Shown: positions 36,101 to 47,711, counted from the first letter of the stretch. The stretch is 64,000 nucleotides of DNA from Bugula neritina (GCA_964035545.1 OZ037767.1:20972628-21036627), one strand, 5' to 3'. Numbers and translations: made by a program. The notes: generated by a model not told the origin, from the letters alone.

Positions 36101-38433
36101 ATACGGCAGCAACTAAGCCATGTTCTAGGGTCAAAGGTTAATTATACAAGTTGAACTGGCAGCTATTGGAGTTTCATTGTTACTAAGATTTTTCTGCTGT
36201 TGGTAGAATTTTGGTGAAACTGTTCAAGAGCCGTAAAGGCAGGAAGAAGATTGAAACAGACGATGACAAATACACAAGTTGGGAGAGAGACTACGACCTC
36301 GTGGATTTCCCGGTACACGGGTTGTACGAAGAGTACCTAGAAATGGGTTTGTTCTCACAATGTAGTCTTTCATTTGTATTTTTGTAATTATTGGTTTACT
36401 TTAAGCTGAAAATAGTAGCCTTCTCACAGGATAGTATTTGTAAGTTTTAAATCAGTTTTCTTAAATTATTTACCATAAACCTTATAAACTTCCGTCAAAG
36501 TTATGATATAGAAATTCTTTAAACCATCTGTTCAAATGTATGCGGTGTTAACTTTTTGCTAAATCTGGTTTTAAGTTGCTAGATGTTTGGCTTCGACTTA
36601 GCTGGCATGTTTTCAGCAATATTTGATTTTGCACTCTTTCATCAACTTTTCATTGAATTTTGATTGTAAATAGATGTATTCTTATTCTTGCAGTAATACA
36701 GTATGGTTTTGTGACTCTATTTGTTGCGGCCTTCCCATTGGCACCCTTCTTTGCTCTTCTCAATAACATCATAGAAGTAAGGCTAGATGCCACTAAGATG
36801 ATCACTCAGTGGAAGCGCCCAATGGCAGACCGAGCTCAAGATATTGGAACTTGGTTTGTGATTCTACAGGCCATCTCTAAAATGGCGGTGCTTATCAATG
36901 TGAGTTTCAACTCTTCTGCTCTTATCACACACATGCATGCTGATGTCACCCACATGTAATGCAGTCAGGTTTTAGAATTACTAACCGAGCTCATGCTCTT
37001 GGTAAATGTTAGTTTGACTCGGTGGTTGTGTTGCAGTGTTGGTTTTCAAATATTGTGCAATATAACACAATAGAGCTGCTGCAATATATTCATTGTAATA
37101 TGTTGAGTGCAACTTTGTAAATTCTGTGTAATTAATAGTAACTGATATTTAAATTTACAGGCAGGCATTATTGCTTTCACTTCGGATTTCATCCAAAAGA
37201 GCATGTATGAGTACACGGACGTGAAGCAAGACACTGGTCAAAGCTACATTGAGTGGAGTCTCTCCACCTTTAGAACCTCTGATTTTGATAATGAGAGCAT
37301 GCCCATTCCTGCGTTTGAGAATGCTACATTTGGTGATACGATTTATGCCAACCATGAGTGCAGGTCAGTCAAGATTTTTATTGATAATTATTTACACTTA
37401 CTAGACATGAGTGTCTTCTTAACAGTAATGCGTTTGCTTCAGCATTTTCGACTTGAGAATTCAAGATCTGACAAATTTCAGTGCTTCTAGTAGGCATTTT
37501 TCTCAGATTTCAGAATCATTTGGCTTCTTATTATGGGAAAGTTCTGTGCACTAACTATATAATCATGAAGGTTGAGAAAGTTTAAATTTTTGCTGCTTAT
37601 TTGTGTGTGAAAACTTTTTTTCTACATCAGATTATTCATCAAGTGTGAAGGCCATCGTCACTTATAGTTTGAGAACTTTTGTCTTTCTTGTTAGATATCG
37701 GGACTTCAGGAACAGCCCCAATTCAAGCACATGGGACGACTCTGATCCCTCAACTCAATACGTTTTGACAAAAACATACTGGCACGTGCTCACTGCTCGA
37801 CTCGCCTTCATTCTGGTGTTTGAGGCAAGTATATTTGGTCAGGAATTTTATATGATTTGTTTTACTAGAACTAGTAGATGCGAGTAATTATGCAAAGTTT
37901 CTATAAAATTTAATAAGATCATTATTAAACAGTGCATTTTCTGCCTGCTATGCCGCAGCACTTGTTTATATGTTGACAGCAACACATGTTGATGTAACCG
38001 TTATTTCTTCCAATAGCATTCACTACCAACGCTCGTTACTGATAATATGCTGTTGACATAGTAAAACTATCCTATATCCATACATGTGATACCTTGGTAA
38101 CACCTGCTGACTATGCATGTTTGTTTGATACCTTCTGACTATGTTCACATATATATATGCGTGATATACCTTGGTGATACCTACGGACTCTATATACACA
38201 TGTGTAATACCTGCTGACTATTTTCACGTATATTATGTAGTAATTTATTTTTCTGTATTCAGCACCTGGTGTTGGGAATTGCCGAGCTCATCAACTTCCT
38301 GGTACCTGACGTGCCAATTGATGTGCGAGACCGAACTCTCCGAGAGAAATTCCTTGCTAAAGTCTCGCTTCACGAGAGAATTAAACAACAGAAGGAAGGT
38401 GACAGCGCAGACGTGAATGGCACAACTTTTTAG
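3190..38433 (+). CDS. ANO: Anoctamin / TMEM16 Ca2+-activated chloride channel or lipid scramblase (ANO1-7 type), multi-exon
   Basis: Phase-compatible exons: 3190-3211 (or 5537-5867), 15122-15247, 18396-18416, 19023-19037, 20543-20569, 21612-21736, 24151-24318, 25479-25577, 25990-26105, 28486-28607, 29259-29433, 29849-30083, 30395-30538, 31232-31369, 31517-31718, 32165-32276, [32521-32581 | 33503-33557 | 34116-34170], 35641-35738, 36207-36346, 36694-36899, 37161-37363, 37695-37824, 38263-38433 (TAG). Family motifs: [84 protein letters not shown] (Ca2+-binding residues intact), PDVP. Confidence 0.95.
3209..3256. mobile_element. P-element-type excision footprint: 32-bp TIR-TIR palindrome (3217-3248) between 8-bp TSDs TAGGTAAG
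   Basis: TAGGTAAG|CATTGAACTATAACTA-TAGTTTTAGTTCAGTG|TAGGTAAG; CATTGAACTATAA is identical to the left terminus of the THAP element at 10633. Confidence 0.8.
5537..5867 (+). CDS. Alternative first coding exon of the anoctamin gene
   Basis: 110-codon open frame from ATG ([10 protein letters not shown]...SPAQY) ending at a phase-1 donor TATG|GTGAG, compatible with exon 15122. Confidence 0.7.
8073..8204. mobile_element. Foldback hairpin / MITE-like palindrome
   Basis: taaattcactggttccagattctcaaactc...gaatttgagaatttggaaccggtgaactta; inverted pairing over nearly the whole length. Confidence 0.7.
10496..10632. repeat. 137-bp direct repeat, copy 1 (copy 2 at 12850-12986)
   Basis: agcttgctgttattgg...gggatgctctcagc, identical by eye in both copies; they bracket the THAP element. 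Confidence 0.9.
10633..12849 (-). mobile_element. Internally deleted P-element/THAP9-like transposon nested in the hAT element
   Basis: Imperfect ~65-bp terminal inverted repeats (AACTATAA..CCCTGGAA..AATGTAA..CGTCCAAA..CAGCCATATTG). Decayed two-exon THAP domain: ~12546-12457 [12 protein letters not shown] and 11921-11750 [26 protein letters not shown], with a frameshift and a stop. THAP9-like C-terminal remnant at ~11221-11350 ([30 protein letters not shown]). Confidence 0.75.
22165..22263. repeat. 11-bp minisatellite (GAGTTGGTAGC) x9
   Basis: Direct reading; one variant copy. Confidence 0.9.
22686..23126. repeat. (GAGT)n/(GGGT)n microsatellite
   Basis: Direct reading; source of the SLTH ORFs. 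Confidence 0.95.
23696..23875. mobile_element. Tc1/mariner-pogo-type MITE (180 bp)
   Basis: TA|CAATGCTCCCTCCATATCTCAC ... GTGAGATATTGAGGGAGCACTG|TA: 22-bp TIRs with TA TSD. Confidence 0.85.
25140..25476. repeat. 30-bp AT-rich minisatellite ending at an ANO acceptor site
   Basis: tatactgtatattattatattatattgcat units. Confidence 0.9.
25571..25683 (+). repeat. ~25-bp tandem repeat of the exon end and 5' splice site (TATACAG|GTAAG) x5
   Basis: tatacaggtaagtctagttacttt(t/c) repeated. Confidence 0.9.
25790..25941. repeat. 30-bp minisatellite x5
   Basis: ttggctggtttactatcagcagtgtgctca units. Confidence 0.9.
29445..29800. repeat. 20-bp AT-rich minisatellite
   Basis: ttatattacactatactgta units. 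Confidence 0.9.
31729..32118. repeat. 44-bp minisatellite, ~9 copies
   Basis: cagacagggatgagtcatgtataactcacgtctgctctgtatca units. Confidence 0.95.
33503..33557 (+). CDS. ANO mutually exclusive exon B ([18 protein letters not shown])
   Basis: 55 nt, ctacag|A...GAAGAG|gtttgt, phase 2 to 0; same length, phases and donor as exon C. Confidence 0.85.
34116..34170 (+). CDS. ANO mutually exclusive exon C ([18 protein letters not shown])
   Basis: 55 nt, gtacag|A...GAGGAG|gtttgt; canonical anoctamin G.PG.Y...R.EE loop. Confidence 0.9.
34548..35178. repeat. 22-26-bp minisatellite (cactgacactacagtactactct)
   Basis: Direct reading, about 25 copies. Confidence 0.95.
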
Positions 38434-39186
38434 TGTAGAGCTTCTGACACAACTTACCTCATTTTATTGGTTTTTATAGCATATGATATTTAATGTTCAA
38501 TATTTTGTCATTTAAAGGTTGTTTTCTTGGTATATTTAATCAGTAAATAAGTTGTTGCTGAAGTCATTTATATACAAACCAAAATTATACTCTTTTCAAG
38601 TATCTATTTACATACATATGGTTCTATTTAGACATGCTATTTACTTTATTGGGTAGTCCTCTAACCATTTACAAATTTACCATTTTCTCTTCAATCACAT
38701 TGGATATTTAGGACTGAACTTTGCATCACTTATGTTAATATCATAATTTCAACTATGTTCGGTTTAGCAACAACTATGATTGTTTCTGAGCAAGTTATAC
38801 TGACTATTGTGTTTACTGTACATCTAACTTTTCTGATATAAATAAATCGAGGTATTTGTATTTTAGTGGAGTTGTCTTCTCCTTATTCAATGATTGTGAT
38901 TGTATAACTGCAATATTTCAGAAACTGATTGCATTATATGCAACTTATTTTTATTTCAAAATGCCATATTTGTATTGATGGCTAAATAAAAATACTTGTA
39001 TAACTAAATATTTTTGCTCAAAAAGGAAAATTTTAAATTGTACAACATAGCAAATGAAAATCTGGGTGATATATGTATATATATATAGATATTTGACAAA
39101 GAAAATAGCCAAAAAACCAGAAAATCACTTTGTTATACCAAAACAGTATGTACAAATATTTACAAACCTCAGCAAAACTGTTTCAT

Positions 39187-41280
39187 TTAACAACAAGCAA
39201 GACACAGGCCTTTGCTACCACATTCAGCATGACAGAAGGCACCACAATTGTTACAGATGACAAGAGCCCGCTGACTGCACATGCAGGAGTTGAGCAGACT
39301 GGACACGCCATTCATAATGTTGGTCTTACTTTCAGTAACACTGAGCACCGGCTGGGTGGCATAAATAGTGTCTGTTAGTGTAGTAACGCTGCTAGACTGA
39401 CTGGTGTTGCTCTTGCTTTCGGTGGTTATCGAAGTATCACCGGATGTAGCAGTTGTAGGGACTGAAGAGGCAGGCACCTGATTGGTTGCCTTTTTACCAC
39501 TGGGCAATTTACTCAACTTTTTTTTTAGTTTTTGTCGGAAAGCAGTTCTGCGCTTATAAGCTTTAGCAGCATAACCATCCTCATCTTTATTCAGGGCTAA
39601 AAATACATGACCAGAGAGCGTCAGCTGGGATTTCCCATTGCGGAATTTGTTCTTGTACACAGGTATATCAGAACTGTAAAGCCCGTTACTACTGGATGAT
39701 GTTGCAGTATCTAGCAGATGTCTATTACGTACCGGTTTATTTGAGATAATTTTTCTTTTCCCACCAGGACCGAGTACCACGATTGTAGCACCTTCAACAG
39801 ATTTGCCTAGCACCTGCTTACATATTTCATAGCTGCGTTCTAAATCTAGAGTTTGTGAGCCTTGCTTAGAAGACTCACATATTTGCTTTGAACGCTCAAG
39901 GTTTAGTGATTTAGGTATGATTTTACTGGTTACAGATCCATTGGAGCTTACAGTGACTATGACGGGTGATGGCTTACTCCCGTTTGCAGGTGAGCGCACT
40001 TTGGCTAGTACTTCATTTACAGCTTTACTTACACTCAGTTTGCCTGGTACTATATTCGGATTTTTTCGAAGCGTTACTATCACGGGGTTTTTGTTTCTAT
40101 ATCTGAGTATTGTAGGTAGATTATTTTGCAACGTTTTATCCTTCTTGATAGGAGCTGCTGTGGGTGTTTGAGAGTTGACAGGACTTTTTATCATTTGTGT
40201 GAGTAATGGATTACAATTGGCTAGTGTTGTGACGACTTGGCCATGTGGATTTCTGACAACTATTGGAACAACTTTTGTAACTTTCTCCCCAGCAGAATTA
40301 TTTTCAGCCACTTTTTCAAGCCTAGTTATGGCTACTGGAGCTGCTTTTGGACTAGATTCCTTGGAAGTATTGGGAGGTGGTGAAGAGATGGATATTTTAG
40401 CAGTCGACACTGGAGAATCAGGATGAGGCCGCTTAGTACCTGCTAGAAATGATTTTGAAGATTCAGTGTCTCTAGACTTGCTAATTGAACTTGCAGCCTG
40501 TGCTTTTGCCTTAGATACCGCAAGTTTAGCTAATGCTGCAGATGGGCTGATTGTCTTTGAGTGGGAGAGAGTCTTGGTAGACTTGAACATTCCTTTAGTG
40601 ATGCTGGTCATAGGTAAACCAACTGTAGGTTTTGTTGGTTTAGATAGATTCAATGGAGGCTTATTAGAGTTCACAGTATTACTAGGACGAAGCTTTTTCT
40701 TCGCAAGTTTATTTTGTTTAGCTTGATATGATTCATATGATGTACATATAAATGGAGCTCCAGCTTTTGGTACACTTGGACTGAATGGTGGCATCCTTAA
40801 AACTTGAGCATCACACTCCCACACGACAGGATCAACGTCAATTCTACTGCTAGCTGAAGATAAACAAAACTCACCATTTCGCAGTCTGTCCCGATATTCG
40901 ACACAGCTTTTGGCAAAAAATTCATTACTCAACGCATTCACAGTCATAGCAAAAGGAACTTTTGTACTGTCAAGTGGTATACGATCCGTTTCTGGCAACA
41001 GTCTGATCAACTCATTTTGGTATTTAGTTGGTAAGTGATCGAAAGCAGCAGGAGTGAGTAGCTGCTTGATGTTTACATTTGCCACAATCGATGCTGGAGT
41101 CTCAAGATCGCATCTACTAAGTCTATGTAGACGCTCGTGAAACAGTAAGCGATCTTGAATTGACAAAGCCTTGCCTTCTGCCAATTTAGACTTTGTTGAG
41201 TTCTCAGTTCCCGAGTCATCGGAAGCACTGATTTTATTATGGTGGCCATTTTGATTTCCACTTACTACCGAACTAGCCAT
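39187..41280 (-). CDS. Asx: Polycomb-associated Additional sex combs (Asx/ASXL) homolog, single coding exon, 697 aa
   Basis: DEUBAD/ASXH domain (DLETPASIVANVNIKQLL...LLPETDR...ALSNEFFAKSCVEYRDRLRNGEF) and C-terminal atypical PHD (CMCSQRALVICNNCGAFCHAEC..LCLAC); LERS.xIC motifs. Confidence 0.93.
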   Translation of the reverse strand: MASSVVSGNQNGHHNKISASDDSGTENSTKSKLAEGKALSIQDRLLFHERLHRLSRCDLETPASIVANVNIKQLLTPAAFDHLPTKYQNELIRLLPETDRIPLDSTKVPFAMTVNALSNEFFAKSCVEYRDRLRNGEFCLSSASSRIDVDPVVWECDAQVLRMPPFSPSVPKAGAPFICTSYESYQAKQNKLAKKKLRPSNTVNSNKPPLNLSKPTKPTVGLPMTSITKGMFKSTKTLSHSKTISPSAALAKLAVSKAKAQAASSISKSRDTESSKSFLAGTKRPHPDSPVSTAKISISSPPPNTSKESSPKAAPVAITRLEKVAENNSAGEKVTKVVPIVVRNPHGQVVTTLANCNPLLTQMIKSPVNSQTPTAAPIKKDKTLQNNLPTILRYRNKNPVIVTLRKNPNIVPGKLSVSKAVNEVLAKVRSPANGSKPSPVIVTVSSNGSVTSKIIPKSLNLERSKQICESSKQGSQTLDLERSYEICKQVLGKSVEGATIVVLGPGGKRKIISNKPVRNRHLLDTATSSSSNGLYSSDIPVYKNKFRNGKSQLTLSGHVFLALNKDEDGYAAKAYKRRTAFRQKLKKKLSKLPSGKKATNQVPASSVPTTATSGDTSITTESKSNTSQSSSVTTLTDTIYATQPVLSVTESKTNIMNGVSSLLNSCMCSQRALVICNNCGAFCHAECGSKGLCLACC

Positions 41281-42950
41281 TTATTATTCCAATGTTTTTT
41301 AAAATACAGTTTAAATTGTTTAAACTGATAGTTTATAGCAAAATGACACAATAGTCATTTTTAGTTATTTTTAACACAACTTTTATCACGATTACGCAGC
41401 ATATGTATAAATCTTCAAGTTAAAATGTACATTTGCTCGAATAATAGTAGTAATTTACTAAACTATTGGAATTTAGGTCCGCACGCAAGTTTTATATAGG
41501 TCAACGCACCAATAAGGTTTTAAAACTGAAATTTGGTTGCTGTCTTTAAAAGAATTATTTTTTATTATTTAAATATTTTTTAGTAAAAAAAATAGTTGTA
41601 GCGTTTTATATATTACTTGCAATAAAATTGTGTGCAACCATTCGAAACCACCCAAAAATTCTAAGGGAGAAAATAACTCTTAGCTAAAAGCATAAGCCGC
41701 AGAAAGATGGGTTGATTTATTACATGTCCCAGACATGCAAATGTTGTGAAATTCGGTGTAAATACTGACTATAATAAGTAGGCATGAACAAAAGTGAAAA
41801 AAAGTTAGAACTCTGTTGGATTATTCAAAAACAAAAGATCATTCAAAGTGTTTATACAAGGTGTTGTAAAAAGCTATCTCTGCCCCATGCTCCTCTATAT
41901 TTGATGGCAAGTGCTTTGATATCAGTTACTTTCTGAATATGCAAATCTATATCATGATACCCAAAGCAAAATTTAGAGCAGTTTTTGAAAAACTTTCTGA
42001 TAGCTTTTTCATCATTGGCATAGATACAAGTGAAAATAATAGGTAGTCAATTTATTTATCCACATATTATAAAATGCATGTCTTGAAAATTTCATTACAA
42101 GTAAGTTGAAATAAAGTAATAGACAGAAATTCAAGTAAGACAAAATTTGTAACTCGAATTTGTAGATTTACTGGTGACACAGCTGATTGCATATGGTTTT
42201 CCACCAATTCCCAGACACATATTTTTTGGCAAAACCCTCAAAAAATTTGCACCGTGTGCTTCTTCTGTTTCTGCTTAAATTATGACAAAACATTACATAT
42301 AACAAGAACTGCCCTGTGTGGCCTTTAGCATCAAAGTATTGTAAAGACCTATATCTGACTTTGTCTTAATGAACATTTAAACACGATGGGCATGAGTTTT
42401 CACTATTGGTCAATCCGAAGCAGGCAAATAACCTTGGGACTTATCAACATTATGCGATCACTGTAAATCTTTAGCTCAATTTGCTATGAACAATTAATAA
42501 CCCGTACTGTTGGTGTTCATTGCTATATTATTTGATTACTTTTGGTGCACATCTATTACTATTGTATATATGTGGTTTTCTAACTTCTAAGTTAAACATA
42601 ATATAAATTTTAATAAATCATATAAATTATAATATTAGCTTTGTGTAAGTTAACATGACACGTTGCTTCAAGAGCATAATACATAATTTTATTTTGTTTA
42701 TATATATAAGTAATTATAAATATCAAACTCAATTATAGCCCCACCCACACACCACACACACTTACATATTCCAGAATTCTTGCAACTCCTAAAATTACAC
42801 TTGATCTTAAATTTACAAACCTTTCAAATATTCTATTTAGTAGCAACATTAGTTTCTCTCATTTTGAAGGTGTGGAATATGATATTTTGCTCTGTGCTAG
42901 TGAGGAGACAAAGGTTAAAAAAGCCTCTGTACACAGATTGTGCTAGATGT

Positions 42951-42984
<34 letters not shown>

Positions 42985-43189
42985 TTATATTATAGTTTTT
43001 AAATTTCATTTAATCAACTCTGAAGATAATTCAGAAGTATCTGAAATGTCTGTTTACTTTATCTATTTAGCTTAGTAAAGTAGTAAAAAGTGTTTGTGGC
43101 TCGTTTATTTTGAAGGAAGCGACTAGCTCAAAAGAATACATGCATGTTTAAAAAGCATACACATCTCTATCTACTGCCTATATAATATT

Positions 43190-43301
43190 ATGTGTGTGTG
43201 CGTGTGCGTGCATGCGTGCGTGCGTGTGTGTGTGTGCATGTGTGTGTGGGTGTGTGTGTGTGCGTGTGCGTGTGCGTGTGTGTGTGTGTTCGTGCGTGTG
43301 T
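43190..43301. repeat. (GT)n/(GCGT)n microsatellite
   Basis: Direct reading. Confidence 0.9.
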
Positions 43302-43581
43302 AGAAAAAATTTTATTACACCAGAGCATTCGAGTCTATACAAGTTTGAATTACTGAAGGCTTACTGTTCATCGAAACTCGGCACTCTTACAGCAAGCTGT
43401 GTCATTCCTTAATATAATATACTAAGTTATAGAAGTTTAGTCTCTGGTAACAAAATATCAAATTAATAGAAACATCAATCAGATCAATACTAAAGTATAA
43501 AATATAAATTAAATATAAATATAAATATGAATCAAAATTATGACTTTATAGATATTATTCTCCGTAAAAGTTCTAGGCTGA

Positions 43582-46500
43582 TCATGTCTGGGTTTTGTTT
43601 CTACCAATCATAATCTGCGTTTCATAAAGACCTCCTGAATTTGAATATGTCGACCAATATATCCCCGAAAGACTCACGTTTGAAGTTGCGCTCCCTGAAT
43701 ACCATCTGCCATTTAAATTAGATGTAAAGTTACAAGAGCGGATCCACCACGCGCCTACAGACATTACATTGCGTAGTAATTGTTACAGGAAGGTGAAGGC
43801 AACTCTTGAAAGCCTGTATAAATTGCTAATACTATTATAAAAAAACATAATATTTTAAATAGAAATTGATATTTTAGACAAATTACCATAGATAGGAAAA
43901 TTACAAAGACTGCCATTGGCAAAGTTTGGATAGAGCACAGGACTTCCTTGGAGAGCTGTTAAACTGTCACCTGCATCTCCATCATAACCTGAAATCTACC
44001 ACCAAAGTTGACATTTAAATGCAACTTGCTGTGATCAATTGGCATATGTGTAGTTGTTATCAGCATTAGTACATTTTTATTTCATATTAGACATGACTAA
44101 ATGAAATAAATACTTCACCTACTTCAGTCAGTATGTAATCTGTTTGGTGATGAGATTTGAAAAGCTTGAAGCTTGAATAGTTGGCATATCTTGTAGTTCC
44201 ATTCCACCCTTTCATTGTTATATGGAGAGCCGATCGTTCAATATCTTTTGTCAGCCATAATATCATATTCAAGCCTAAATCCACCAATCAATTGCATTCA
44301 GAGAACTATAATAAACTCTGACTAGAAGCATTATATAACAATTTGCCTACCAGATGTTCTACTGCACTCTTTAGAATATATAATTGTTGCTGCTATTTAT
44401 ATACTGAACCCTTGCTGATAACAACTGGTATTATCACCGGTGAATTCATGCTGGATAAAGCTAATAAGTTTCAAGACTTGTTATTTTAAGTGCTAAATAT
44501 AAATATAGCAGTCCCACTTAAACTTGCTTTTATTTAGAAAACAATAATTGGTTAAAAATCATGTTATCAGAGTTGCTAAATTCAAAACTAAGCTAATGGC
44601 GTAGATTAATTCATCAAATAGATAAGTTTTTGTGGATTGTTTTTATTTTTATAAGAAGCTGCTAACTTTCTACCCAGACTAACTTAGCTAGAATACTTAA
44701 AACGCTCATACCCAACCAGTATTCGCTTGAGATGTTGCCAAAACCGTTTATAAACTGGTAGTCATAAGCCTTCTCAAAGCTAACAGAACCATCCAACCGC
44801 CTCTGCACCACTGTCCAGCCTTGTATACCATCAAATACGCATTTAGTTCGACCTATTTTTCCACTAGCCAATGGTCTTATGAAATAAGTACTATTTGAAT
44901 TTATCTCCCCATTTTCAAATGCTTCTTGACAATCTAAGCACAACAATTAAGTGATTAAAGTTCCTTGAAACAAGAAATTTGGAATTTGGCTACTGCCCTA
45001 ATTAACTTCATTATTGCCTAGTTGATAAAATTTTTACGTTGTAAACTACCATTTCATTAAATATAAAATAAACAGGCCTATTTAAAAACTTAGTAACTTA
45101 GATTGGTTTACTAAAATTTTTATTTTTTATATCAAAATGCGCTTCATTTGAAACTTGGTCTGTTTACATAGTGTACCAGCATGCAAAAAACAAACAGGTT
45201 CCAAGCAATTGTGAACGTATTGATTCGTTAAGCTTGTATAGTGTTACAATTTCTAGTTCAAACAGATATTATGTGAAATATTGCATTTAATAGCAAATAG
45301 AAGAATAAGCAAATTAACTGAAGTTTAAAAACATATTACCTCTATACACTGGCTGCCGCCTATTAGTGCACTGTATCTGTGTACCAATTACCAAGCAAGG
45401 CTGCCGCTGTAAAATAAGTTGATATCATATTATAATAACTGCAATCCATATAGCAGGCTAAAAATAATTCATCCTTCACCACTTGCTTAGTTACTGCTAA
45501 CTTATTTTCCACTTGCTTGGTTAATTTGTACAAAGTTGTTGCTTTTTCCAACAAAGAATTTAATTCTACTGGTTAAAATGCTGCATGGTTTAATACGTAC
45601 TAGATCACATGGGTTTGGGTCTTAGCAGAAATAGTTCTATAATTGCTTATTTAGTATTTAAACACAGCCTTTCAAAAATTAGAAAAAACCCATTTACCCT
45701 CACATAGGGATGAATGTTTTGAGCTGTTATGTAAATTGTGTCAATGTTTGTAAAAGTGTTTTGTATATAATATCAAAATAAAAGATAGCATATGCAAAGA
45801 AGATAATAGGCAAACGAATATTATATTTCGTACCACAAACTTTGTTTTTGTTTTTCACACTATGCCAACAATTAGTGCAGAGTTATAGAGTAACTAATAA
45901 GTAATGACTATATTATTATGAAATGTACTAACTGTTACTACAAGCTAGCGACTGATAGTAACCAGTATACAGGCAATGATACATCTTTCTGGCAAACTAA
46001 AATGTAGTTGGTTGCTTGATGCCTATTTTTAGATATGAGAAACAACCAGACTGTCTTTAAACTATTTTTATTGCATAATTTATAACGTATTAGTGATAGT
46101 ACAATATAACAATAAACAACTAAAAACAATCAATATACTAATAGCTACACATTATAGGACGTATTGGTATACAGAGTAATATCTAAAGACTACGAGTGAA
46201 GCTGAAAACAAAGCACATGGTAAAAGATGGACTCACTAGATTAGAACATTGGCTGCGTCTACATCTGCTGCAGATAGCCACGAGACTGCTGCCAGGACTG
46301 CTGTTGAGTTCAAACATGTGTTCTCCAAGCGACTTACTCAACTTGCATGTCTTGGAAATGGTGTCATATAACAACCCACTGCAAATCACATCACTGACAC
46401 ACTCCATGTAACATGTTGCCATTGTTGGGGCTTCTAAGATGAATAATAATTACACCAGCATTACACAAAATTGTCATTATAATTTCATAAAGGAATGTAA

Positions 46501-47711
46501 AAGAAAATAAATTAGAGTTGAATAAAGGAATAAAGGATAAAACAAATTAAAAAGATTGATTTTCTTAAACAAAAAACAATATCTATATGGCTACAATTAT
46601 CACATTAGCAAGCTCTAGTGACTTTCGAGTTCTAAAGCTTAAAGTTGCTATTTTAATCAATATTTCACAGTTTAATTTACACTTCAAATATAACTTTATT
46701 TTATTACAGCTACTAAGTTTAACATTAGCACATTAAACAAACTTACTTTCTCACCATAACCATTTTAATCCTTGCGGGAACTGGACCACATTAAAAAAAC
46801 TACTGTAAATACATACCGTACTTATTTTCCTAAATGTTTTCTTTTTCACAAACTTTTGACGTGCAAAATCTGTAGTCAGATCTTTAAAGGTGGTATGAAG
46901 TAATTTAATTTTAATATTAAGACAATGCACTTCTCTGTCTATTGTACAATTGCAGTATAAATATTTATAAACTGTTTCTGGAAATACTCATGTTCTTTGT
47001 AGGAGACTATAAAATAAAAAAGCAGGGGTTAGAGCTTTTGCCCAGTAAGCACGAAGTCATGGGTTTGGGCCCCAACAAAGGCCATTGGTGATGTTAGGAA
47101 GAGATCCAGTCATAATTGCTCCTGTGCCTCATTTGAATAAGTCCTTAGCGCGCTTTAACAAAAACCCTTTCCATCAGGAGTTTTCTCACAAGGATAGTGA
47201 CTACAAACTTGTGTGAGTTATTTTTGTAGCAGGCTCTAATAGTCTAGGTTTACAATAAACAAGGTTCATATAAATCAACTTGACTAGCTAGGTTATAATT
47301 AGCAAAGCTTAGGTTTTATTTTTGCTAGTGACAGCTTGCTAACCAGCATAATGACATCATTACAAAATAAACACAAAACAATGCTCCACGTACTCAGTAG
47401 GAAAACTGCTCCATAGCTAAACTGCTAAGCAGGTAGATTTAGAGTTGTGATCTCTTTGCAGAACTTATTCCTTGCCTGTATAGCTTGAAGCTAAAGAATA
47501 TTTTGGAGTGAAAAGCTGCAGTAATAAATTGCTGCTTACTTGATACAGAGTAAACTTGTGCTTCTATAACTTCTTCGAACTCAGGTTTCACTCGAAAATT
47601 CCTAAATACTTGTCCTAAATCCATTCCAACCAAATTATCACTTACTGTAGGCGTGCATAGCCACAGTTGTAAAAGAGCATTAAAGAGTTGAATTTTGTGG
47701 TTGTGTTTCAT
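43582..47711 (-). CDS. Secreted protein: signal peptide + PAN/apple-like domain + fibrinogen C-terminal (FReD) domain
   Basis: Phase-compatible exons 47711-47540, 46433-46237, 45406-45340, 44933-44712, 44274-44119, 43988-43887, 43754-43582. Motifs CYMECVSDVICSGLLYD...CKL (PAN) and DCQE, GWTVVQRRLDGSVSF, GFGNISSEYWLGL, YANYSSF, GYDGDAGDSL, GAWW..C..SNLNG, GIYW (FReD). Confidence 0.85.
47022..47195 (+). mobile_element. Probable decayed tRNA-derived SINE
   Basis: A-box-like gcaggggttagagc and B-box-like gggtttgggccc followed by ggccattggtgatgttaggaag...; GC-richer than the surrounding intron. Confidence 0.4.

Noticed and set aside
39917-40726. Plus-strand ORFs opposite Asx and opposite the gypsy pol genes
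   Set aside because: Antisense shadows of real coding sequence.
43015-43055. Hammerhead-like CTGAAGA...GAAATGTC
   Set aside because: Stems I and II do not pair convincingly; at most a heavily decayed copy.
43755-43813. Apparent inactivating 5-bp duplication (AATGTAATGT) in the last FReD exon
   Set aside because: It matters only if the acceptor at 43814 is used; the acceptor ctgtag at 43755 gives an intact frame with canonical C-x5-GAWW spacing.
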